Shown piece by piece: positions 1-10,000 of a stretch of 27,501 nt of DNA. A program made the position numbers and the translations under genes. Origin of the DNA: Candidatus Eiseniibacteriota bacterium (lineage in GTDB: Bacteria; Eisenbacteria; RBG-16-71-46). The DNA lies in the NCBI GenBank assembly GCA_044222065.1, contig JBGAOA010000056.1, positions 1 to 27,501 on the forward strand. Direction: 5' to 3'. Position 1 is the stretch's first letter; each line of letters starts with the position of its first letter. The notes under the pieces are model-generated. The model did no database searches. It was not told the DNA's origin and worked only from the letters and a program-made list of their open reading frames with translations.

Positions 1-240
1 GGCGATCACCGGCCAGAGTCGCGCCGTGCGGCGCGGGAACGGCAGCACGGTCCGCCGTTCGGCGTCGGCGCGAGCGTTCCAGTCGGCGAGCGAACGCGCG
101 TGCGCGCCGGCGGCGGCGCGCAGCCGCCCTTCGCACTCGCGGCAGTCGCGCGCGTGTTCGACCGCGCGATCGCGTTCCCCCGCGGGCACGAGCCCGAGCA
201 CGAGGTCCGCGCAGCGGTCGTCGTCGAGGTGCGGCGTCAC
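1..240 (-). CDS. Zinc-binding anti-sigma factor (ZAS/zf-HC2), runs off the window edge
   Basis: Manual translation from GTG at 240 (not in the ORF track): MTPHLDDDRCADLVLGLVPAGERDRAVEHARDCRECEGRLR...LWPVIA. Contains HxxxCxxC (HARDCREC). GAGG SD just upstream; starts 10 nt after the sigma stop. Confidence 0.85.
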   Translation of the reverse strand, partial: MTPHLDDDRCADLVLGLVPAGERDRAVEHARDCRECEGRLRAAAGAHARSLADWNARADAERRTVLPFPRRTARLWPVIA

Positions 241-250
241 GAACGGGTCC

Positions 251-991
251 TCACGGTTCGGCACGATCGTCCTCCGGGGCTTCCGACACGCCCGACGCGC
301 GCTCGAGCCCGCACCACACGTCCGCGAAGGCTCCGGGACGGTACTCCGCGTCGGCGTGTCCCTTCGCCCGCATGCACTCGCGCAGCCCCGTCCGCGCCCG
401 CTGGACGATGACGTCCACGTGCGCCGCCGTCACGCCGAGGCGCGCGGCGATCTCGCGGCTCGGCCGCTCGAGGAAGACGCGCAGGTACCACGCCTGCCGG
501 GCGCGGGGCGCGAGCGCCTCCAGGCACACGCCGAGCGCGGCGGCGAATTCGCGCGCCGCGAGCCTCTCGTCCGGCCTCACGGGTTCCCCGGACCGTTCCG
601 CGATCGTGACCGCCCACGCTTCGTCGTCCTCCGGCGCGGGGCACTCGCGTCCGCGGCGCCGGGCGAGGTCGACGAGACCGTGGCGCGCGACGCGCGCCAC
701 GTATCCCGTCACCTCGTGGTCCGCGCGGCCCGCGACGTCCCACGTTCCTTCTTCGGCCCGGGTGAGCAGTTCTAACGCCTTCTGGGACGCCAGGTCCTCG
801 AGGTCCTCGCGCGAGCCCCCGCCGACGCGTCCGCTCTGGGCCCGCAGCGCCGCGAACAGGGCCGCGTGGAGAATCGGCCACAGTGCCGCGCGGGCCGTGG
901 CGCGCCCGCCCGCCGGGGCGGCGCGCAGCGCGGCCAGTGCGCGGCAGAGTTCGGAGGGCCAGCGGAGCGGTGGGGAGGGAACGACCGGCAT
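251..991 (-). CDS. ECF-family sigma-70 factor
   Basis: C-terminal part of ORF 251..5377. Region 2-like EDLEDLASQKAL...GYVARVARHGLVDLARRR; region 4 HTH CLEALAPRARQAWYLRVFLERPSREIAARLGVTAAHVDVIVQRARTGLRECM. Start is ATG 991 (alternative ATG 1033). Adjacent to an anti-sigma gene. Confidence 0.88.
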   Translation of the reverse strand: MPVVPSPPLRWPSELCRALAALRAAPAGGRATARAALWPILHAALFAALRAQSGRVGGGSREDLEDLASQKALELLTRAEEGTWDVAGRADHEVTGYVARVARHGLVDLARRRGRECPAPEDDEAWAVTIAERSGEPVRPDERLAAREFAAALGVCLEALAPRARQAWYLRVFLERPSREIAARLGVTAAHVDVIVQRARTGLRECMRAKGHADAEYRPGAFADVWCGLERASGVSEAPEDDRAEP

Positions 992-998
992 CGCGGGA

Positions 999-1004
999 AG
1001 CGTA
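999..1004 (-). promoter_or_regulatory. Putative -10 box (TACGCT) for a leaderless sigma transcript
   Basis: Minus strand reads GGG-TACGCT-TCCCGCG-ATG: a TANNNT box 7 nt before ATG 991, with no SD. Confidence 0.4.
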
Positions 1005-1089
1005 CCCGCGGCCGCGTCCGAGGGACAGGACATCGTGGGGCGGGAGCGGCGCGGGCCGGGGAAGGCGCCCGCGCCGCCGGGGCTCCTCG

Positions 1090-4000
1090 CTAGCGAGAGC
1101 ACTCCGTCACGCGCCATTCGGGGAAGAAGGGCGCGGCGGGACGCGGGGCGCCGGAGCGCGGGCCGGCCGGCTCGACCTGCAGGTCCCGCTCCTCGGGGTC
1201 GCCCGCGATCGGACGGCCGCGCGAGTCGGTGACGACGATCTCGACGCGGCGGTTGCGCGCGTGCGCGTAACGGCTGCGATCGCGCGTGAGCAGCTCCGAT
1301 TCGCCGCGCGCGAGGCGCTGGACGCGCGAGCCCGCGACGCCCTGCGCGTCGAGGTACGACGCCACCGCACACAGGCGGCACTCCGCGAGGCCCTGGTTGT
1401 AGGCGTCGGTGCCGCGCGAGTCGGTGTGGCCCACGAGCTGGATCTTCAGGTTCGGGTAGCGCCGCATCAGGCTCACGAGCTTGTCGAGCAGGACCTGCGC
1501 TTCGGCCGTGAGGTCGCAGTCGTCGAACTTGAAATGCACGTTGCCCGGGCCGAGTTCGCCCGGCGCCGGCAGGTCCTCGGGCGCCTCGGGCGCGACCGGA
1601 GTGACCGGCGCCACCGGCGGGATCGGCGGCACGGCGGGCTTCCGCGCGCACGCGGCTTCCTTCTCGGCGGCGTCGCGCGCGAGACGTTCCGCTTCGAGCG
1701 CGTGCGGTCCGGCCTCGCACTCGCCCTGGTCGGTCTCTTCGTTGCCCGCGTACGCGAGTTCGGTCTCGAGACGCGCGATCTCCTCCGCGGCGCACTCGAA
1801 GCCCGGGTCGCGCTTCAGCGACTCGAGGCGGTTCCACAGGTCCTCGCGCACGCGCGGTGCGCCGGGCATGGGGCGCGCGGACGGCACGGTCTCGCGCGTC
1901 GCCTTCGGCGCGCCGGACTCGAGCGCGAGCACCTGCGCGCGACCGCTGTCGAACGCCGCCGCGGCGAAGCCCGAATCGTCGTCGTCGGTGTACTCGATGC
2001 GCGCGATGTCGAGCCAGCGGCGCGCGGCCGTGACGCGCCACGGGTCGTCGGCGCGCGTGGCCAGCGCATCGAGGCGGCGCTGCCAGGCGTCGAGGTTCGC
2101 GAGGTCGGTGGCGATCGCCTCGTCCGTCACGCGGCGCGCGAGCGGCGTGAGCGGCGCCGCGGTCGCGGGCGCGTTCGCGCGCGCGGCCGACTCGAGCGCC
2201 TCGCGCACCGGGAGCGGACGCGGCGCTGCTCCGGCCGTGCGCTTCGCCCCGAACAGCGTCTCGTCGAACTTGAAGCCGAGGCGCGCGTACGGACCGCGGT
2301 CGGTGCAGTCGCCGAGCGCCAGGTCCTCGTCGCGGAAGCCGAACACGTTGTAGCCGACGCCGAGGCGCAGGTTCTTGAGCAGGATCGCGCCGAGTTCGCC
2401 GCCGAGCCCGGTCTGGGCGACGTCGAAGTGGTCGGAGTAGAGGCCGCGCGCCGTGACGCCGGCGTCGAAGCGGCTCGACAGGTCCACGATCGCGCGCGCG
2501 GCGAACAACTGCGCGTCGGTGCGCGTGATCGCGTCCGACCCGCGGTCCTCGCGCCACTTCGCCGCGGCCTTGCCGCCGAACGTCCAGGCGCGCGCCGGGT
2601 GCCAGTTGAGGTCGGTCGAGAGCACGTGCGCGCTGCGCTTCGTTTCGGGCGACAGCACTTCGTCGCGATCGTAGGCGTGCTCGTAGCGCGCGAGCGCGTC
2701 CCAGCGGTTGCGGTCGGTCTGGCGCCACGCGAGGCCGAGGTGCGAGCGGGCCTGGACGCGCTGCTGGTCGTCCTCGAGGAACACCTGCGACCGGCCGAGC
2801 AGCGTCCAGTCGCGATCGAGCTTGCGCGCGAGACCGCCGCCGAGCAGCCACTGCTCGTTGCCCTCGGACTCGCGGAACTCGACGCGCGCCGTGAGCTTCG
2901 TGCGCGGATCGCGCGTGGCCTCGAAGCCGGTCGTGACGGCGGTCACGGCGGGCGACAGGCCGCCCATCGTGAACACGTGCTCGAGCGACCCGTCCACGCG
3001 CACGCCGCGCGCCGGCTGCCAGCGGTTGCGCAGACCCATCGCGGCCTGCGTCTCGCGGCCCGCGAACGCGTCGCGCGAGCGGTATTCCGTGAAGACGTGA
3101 CCGTCGCGCAGTTCGTCGCTCGCGATGCCGACGAGCGTGGTCTTGCGCTCCTGGGCGCCGTTGAGCGCGAACGGCCCGTCGAACGCGTCGATGTCCTCGT
3201 GCCGCACGTAGAGGCGCGTGCGCGGCGCGACGTGGGCATCGGCGCCGAGCGTCCACGACGTGACGTCGGCGTCGTCGAGGCTGCGCTCGAGTTCGCCGAA
3301 GACGCTCGCCGGGCGCGGGAGTGGCAGGTCGCGCGCGAGTCGCCCGCGCAGCGACGTGAAGTCGTTCGGAGTCGTGCCGGCGCTCGCGGTCGTCGCGGGG
3401 GTCGTCGTCTCCTCGGCGTGACGCACGGCGAGTTCGCCGTTCCAGCCCGCGAAACGGCGCGCGACGCCGCCTTCGAGGCCGTCGCGGCGGCCGCCGCTCG
3501 TGCGGTCCTCGGTGCGCAGGGCGCGCGCGAACAGCGCGGCCGGGCCGAACGCGACGCGCGCGTCGGCGCCGAACTCGTCGCGGCCCGGCAGGAAGCCCGA
3601 CGACGCGTTCTGGAAGCCGCCGTCCACGCGCTGGCCGTACACGCGGCCGAACACGCCGCCGCGCTCGAGGCGCGCGTCGGCGCGCCACGCGTTCGAACGG
3701 TTCGTCCCGCCGAAGCTCGCGCTGCCCGAATCCGCGTACGCCCCCTCGGCGCCGAGCGTCACGCCCGCGAGCGGCTTGAGCGTCGCGTGCGCGCTGCCGA
3801 GCGAGAACGGCGTGAGCGGATCGTCGTCGCGTGCGACCCCGACGCCGAACTGCGCGCGCGGATCGGGCGCGAACGCGAGTTCGCCGCCGTAGACCGCGTG
3901 CGACTCGAGCGTGGACTCGACTTCGTAGATCACGCGGATCGAGACCGGGTTCAGGTCGGAGTCGAGGCTCGGCACCGGCTGGCGGAACACGATCTGGCCG

Positions 4001-7000
4001 GTGAACGGATCGAGCGTGTAGTCGGCGAAGCGCGTCTTCGTTTCGCGCCGCAGGATCCGCGACGGCTGGTTGCGGTCGCGCGTCAGGATCTCGACGACCT
4101 CGGTGCCCGAGAGTCCGTTCGCCTGCGAGAGCGCGTAGGGGCCCGAGACGCCGCGGCCGGGGAACTCGTCCACGCGCTGGCGATCGCGCGCGTCGGTGAC
4201 CCAGCCCGTGAGCCCGAGGCCGCGCGCCTCGCCGTGCGCGAGGCCGCCGTTCAGCGTGCGCGTGAACGCGCCGAGCTGGCGCGCTTCGGTTCCGGGCGTG
4301 ACGAAGTCGCCGTAGAGCGCGTACGACCGGCCGCGGTCGAGGCGCGCGTACAGCCGGCTCGTGGACTGTGCGTCGTACTCGTGCACGGACGCGTCGCCGA
4401 ACACGTCGTAGCCCTCGAGCGGGCTCATGTCGCGGAAGCGGCGGCGATCCGGATCGCGCTCGGAGTCGTAGCGCAGCGTGAGCAGCGCGTCGCGGCCGAC
4501 CGGGCCCTTCGCGAACAGCGCGCCGCGGCCGCCGACCGTCGTCTTGCCGTCGTCCGAGGCGTCGGAGCCGTCGCGCAGCGGGTCCTCGAACGCGTCGCGC
4601 TCGCCGCACCAGAGTTCCGCGTCGTCGAGCGAGCGGCCGTCGTAGCGGCCTTCGAGCACGCCCGCGAGGAACCAGGAGCGCAGGCTCGGTACGAAGCGCA
4701 CGGGCAGCGTGCGCTCGCGCTCGCCGAGCGTGGCGCGGATGCGGCCCGCGGCCGGCACGTGCGGCGCGCGCAGTCCGATCGTCTGCTCGCCGCCCGAGGC
4801 CGTGAACTGCGTCCCCGGCGTCACCGGATCCTCGTCCGGCACGGTCCACGTGCCGATCGTGGTCTCGAGCGTGACGACGCGGCTCGCGGCGTCGCCGGGC
4901 ACGCGCAGCGCGACGGGCAGCACGGATTCGCCGTCCGCGACGACCGGCGTCTCGGACGGCGCGAGGCCGAAGCCGCCCTCGTCGGGCGCCGCGGGGGCGG
5001 CGGCCGTGACCGGCGACACGCCCTCGACGAACGGGCCCGAGACCTCGCCCGCGCGCCGGCGGTCCTTCACCGCGGCGAGCAGCCCGGCGTCGCAGCCGAA
5101 CGGCGAGAAGTCGGCGCGGTGCAGTTCGCCGCGCCTCAGGTCCACGAAGCGGCTCTCGCCGTCGAGCGCGTGACGGTTCTCGATCGGACGCAGCACGGCG
5201 CCCGGAGGCAGCGTCGTGGGATCCACGCGCAGCACGTGCAGGCGCGGACGGACGCGTTCGAAGGAGTACTTGCCCTCGGCATCCGTCACCGCGGAGCTGC
5301 CGTCTTCGAGGAACAGGCGCACGCCCGGAATGCCGAGCTCCTCCGCGTCCTGCACGCCGTTCGAATCGCAATCGCAATCGAGGAACACCTTGCCGGCGAT
5401 CAGGCCCTCGTCGGCGAACGGTCCGCGCGTGACGCGCACCGCGGCCGTGGCCGTGTTCGACGTCCGTCCCGGGGTGACTGGCGTCGTCGTCGTGTCGCGC
5501 GGGGCCTCGGCGATCGCGATGTTGACGAGCGGACCGTTGCGCGAGACGCCGGCGCCGACCGTGGCGCGGTAGCGCAGCGTGCGCGCCGTGCGCGCCTCGA
5601 TTCGGCCGATCGCGAACTCGAGCGTGCCGTCCGCCGTGCGGCCCGGATCGCCGATCGTGCGGCCATCCAGCGTCGCCGAGCCCGCGACGTAGCGCACGCC
5701 GGCAGGCAGCCGGTCGCGCACGACGACGTTGCGCACGGGCAGCGAGCCCTGGTTGTGCACCGTGATCGTGTAGTTCACGACGTCGCCGATCTCGACGGTC
5801 GTCGGGCTCGCCTGCTTCTCGATCACGAGCGGTCCCGTGAACGCGAACTCGGTCGGATCGGAATCGGTGTCGTTCGCAGGGTTGTCATCGCCCGGCGTGT
5901 GCACGGTGGCCGTGTTGACGACCGACGCGTCGGAACCCAGGAGCACGCGCACGCTCAGCGAGAACACGAGCGAGTCGCCGGGGGCGAGCGGCCCCGGGTG
6001 CGTCGCCGTGAGCGTCCGGCCGTTCCGGACGAACGACCAGCCCGCGCCGGTGGCGCTCTGGTATTGGAATTCGACCGGGATCACATCGGTCACGACGATG
6101 TCACCGGTCGTCGTGGTCTCGCCGACGTTCCGGATCGCGATGCGGTACGTCCCGAATCCGAGGAGCGGGAACGGCTCCGCGTGCGACTTGTCGATCGCGA
6201 GGTCGAGGATCGGAGCGCCCGAGACGGGCGTCGGATCCACGTCGCGGTCGTTCGTCGGATTGTCATCGCCCGGCGTGCGGACGGTCGCGGCGTTCGTGAC
6301 GCTCGGCGCGGCCGCGGGCCCGATCGAGACGCTGATCGCGAACTTGAGGCTGTCGCCGACCGCGAGCGGACCCGGATGCGTCGCCGTCACGACCGCTCCG
6401 TTCGCACCGAGAGTCCACCCGGCGCCCGAGCCATTCACGAACGTCAGCCCGTTCGGCAGCGTGTCGAGCACGGTGATCGTGCCGGTCGTCGAGTTCGTGC
6501 CCACGTTGCGCACGACGATCGTGTACGCGCGCTGCTGGCCGACCGCGAACGACACGGTGTGGCGCTTGTCGATCGCGAGGTCGGGCGCGGCGCCGCGCGG
6601 CGCGACGGGCGTCGGATCCACGTCGCGGTCGTTCGTCGGGTTGTTGTCGCCGGGCGTGTTCACGGTCGCGGCGTTCACGACGCCGGGGACCGCGAGTTCG
6701 GACACGGTGCAGGTCACGGTGAAGCGCAGGCTGTCACCGACCGCGAGCGGGCCCGGGTGCGTCGCGATCACGACGAGTCCGCTCGGCGCGATCGTCCAGC
6801 CGTCGCCGCTGCTCGTGAGGTAGGCGAGCGTCGAGGGCAGCGTGTCGCGCACGGTGATCGCGCCGGTCGTCGGGGCCGTGCCGACGTTTCGCACGACGAT
6901 CGTGTAGGTGCCGTTGCGGCCGACGACGAAGTCCTGGACGTGGCGCTTGTCGATCGCGAGATCCGGAGCCGAGCCCTGCGGCAGCACCGGCGTGGGATCG

Positions 7001-10000
7001 GTGTCGCGATCGTTGCGCGGATTGCCGTCGCCCGGCGTTTGGACCGTCGCCGCGTTCGTGACGGACGGCACGGCCTCGGGGCCGACCGCCACGACGAGCT
7101 TGAAGTCGAGCGAGGCGCTCACGGCGAGTGGACCGGGATGCGTGGCGGTGACGACGGCGCCGACCGAGCCGATCGTCCAACCGGTGCCCGATCCGCTCAC
7201 GAACGTGAGTCCGGCCGGCAGCGTGTCGCGTACCGTGATCGCGCCGGTGGTCGCGGCCGTGCCGACGTTGGTGACGACGATCGTGTACGTGCCGTTCTGG
7301 CCGACGATGAAAGACCCTTCGTGCGACTTGTCGATCCCGAGGTCGGGGGCCGTCTGAGCCGGCGAGACCGGCGTCGGATCGGTATCGCGATCGTTGGTCG
7401 GGTTGTTGTCTCCCGGAGTGTTCACGGTCGCGGCGTTCGTGACGCCCGGGACCGCCGCGGCGGAGACTCCGACGGTGAGCGAGAACGACAGCGAGTCGCC
7501 GATCGCGAGCGGACCCGCGTGCGTGGCGGTGACCACCGCGCCGTTCGCGCCGATGGTCCAGCCCGCTCCCGTGCCGCTGACGAAGCTCAAGCCGGCCGGC
7601 AGCGTGTCGCGCACCGTGATCGCGCCGGTCGTCGCGGCCGTGCCGACGTTGGTGACGACGATCGTGTACGTCCCGTTCTGGCCGACCGTGAAGTTCTGCG
7701 TGTGTCGCTTGTCGATCGTGAGGTCGGGCGAAGTCTGCGCGGGGGACACCGGCGTCGGATCAGTATCGCGGTCGTTGCCCGGGTTGTTGTCGCCCGGCGT
7801 GCTCACGGTCGCGGCGTTCGTGACGCTCGGGATCGCCGCGGCACTCACGCCAACGGTGAGTGAGAACGACAGCGAGTCGCCGATCGCGAGCGGTCCGGCG
7901 TGCGTGGCGGTGACGAGCGCGCCGTTCGAGCCGATGGTCCAGCCGGTGCCCGACGCACTGACGAACGTGAGCCCGGAAGGCAGCGTGTCGCGCACCGTGA
8001 TCGCGCTCGTGGTCGCCGCCGTGCCGACGTTGGTGACGACGATCGTGTACGTCCCGTTCTGGCCGACCGTGAAGTTCTGCGTGTGGCGCTTGTCGATCGT
8101 GAGATCGGGCGAAGTCTGAGCCGGCGAGACCGGCGTCGGATCGGTGTCGCGATCGTTGGTCGGGTTGTTGTCGCCCGGAGTGTTGACGGTCGCGGCGTTC
8201 GTGACGCTCGGGATGGCGGCCGCACTCACGCCCACGATGAGCGAGAACGAAAGCGAGTCGCCGATCGCGAGCGGTCCGGCGTGCGTCGCGGTGACGACCG
8301 CGCCGTTCGCGCCGATGGTCCAGCCGGCGCCCGCGCCGCTCACGAACGAGAGGCCCGCCGGCAGCGTGTCGCGCACCGTGATCGCGCCCGTGGTCGCCGC
8401 AGTGCCGACGTTGGCGACGACGATCGTGTACGTCCCGTTCTGGCCGACCGTGAAGTTCTGAGTGTGGCGCTTGTCGATCGTGAGGTCGGGGCCCGTGCAG
8501 CGCGGAATCGAATCGGTGTCGCGATTGTTCGCGGTGTTGCGCTCGCCGCCGCCGCTGACCGTGGCCGCGTTCAGGATGACGGCCGGCGCATCCGGTTCGA
8601 CGCGGGCCGTGTAGCGGAACGTCAGCTCGCCACCCGGGGCGAGCGGGCCCGGATGCGTGGCGACGAGGACGCCATTCGAGAAGTCGAACGTCCAGCCCGC
8701 GCCCTCGGCGGAGCCGAAGGTGAGGCCGGCGGGCATTGTGTCGCGCACCGTGATCGTGCCGCTCGTCGGGACGATGCCGACGTTCGAGACGCGCACGCGG
8801 TACTCGATCACGTCGTCGGCGCAGTTGGGGTTCGTGTGATCGAGCGCGATCGCGAGGTCGGGGCGCGCGCACACGGGCAGCACGTCGCGGTCGTGGTTGT
8901 TCGACGTGTCGGCATCGGCGCCGTAGACGATGGACACGTTCGTCACGAGCTGCGGGTACCACGTGCTGTCGGCGAACGCCGAATACTCGAAGGCGGCCGA
9001 GTCACCGGGGGCGAGCGCCGTGCCGTAGCGCGCCGCGACGAGCCGGCGGCGAATGGTCTCGAACGTCCAGCCCGCACCCGACGGCAGCCCGAGGACCGAC
9101 GGGGGCAGGTCCGAGAGGTTCACGAGCACCGGCGGAGGCGCGGTGCGGTCGCCCACATTCGTGACGACGACGCGGAAGCGGGCAGTGTCGCCGACGCACG
9201 GCTCGTTCAGGTGGCGGATCCGGACCGCGAGGTCCGGCCCCGCGCAGAAGGACTGCGTGTCGGTCGCGCGGTCGTTCGCCGGGTTCGCGTCGCCGGGGTT
9301 CGTCAGCGCCGCCGGCACGGTCGCCGCGGGGTAGGCCGCGGGCAGCACGACGACCCGGAACGCGTACTCGAGCGCGCCGCCCGCGGCGAGCGGGCCGGCA
9401 TGCGTCGCGCGCAGCACGCCGTTCGCGAACTCGAACGTCCAACCGTCGCCCGTCGCGTCCACGAACGCGAGTCCCGCAGGCAGCGTGTCGAGCACGGTGA
9501 TCGTGCCGGCGCTCGCGGCCGAGCCCACGTTCGTGACCCGCACGACGTAGCGCGCGGTGTCCCCGACGCAAGTCGGCCCGTCGTGGCGGATCTGGATCCC
9601 GAGGTCGGGCGCGCCGCTCACGACGGGGACGCGGTCGGTGTCGCGGTTGTTCTTTGGATTCCGGTCGCCGCCCCCCGACACGGTCGCCGAGTTCTCGACC
9701 TCGGGCGCCGCGGCGGCGCCGACCGAGACCGTCAGCGTGAACGCGATCGAGTCGCCGGGGGCGAGGGGGCCCGGGTGCGTCGCGGTGACGATCGGTCCCG
9801 CGGCCGCGATGCTCCAGCCGGCGCCGGCGCCCGAGACGAATCCGAGCCCCGCCGGCAGCGTGTCGCGCACGGTGATCGCCCCGCTCGAGGGGAAGCTGCC
9901 TTCGTTCCGCACGACGATCGTGAACGTTCCGTTCCGGCCGATCGCGAAGTCTTCCGTGTGGCGTTTGTCGATCGTGAGGTCGGTCGAGCTGCAAACGGGC

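Noticed and set aside
1034..5377. 1708-aa ORF suggesting a giant sigma-factor fusion
   Set aside because: The upstream part is an Arg-rich off-frame reading of the adhesin; only the last ~250 aa are protein-like.
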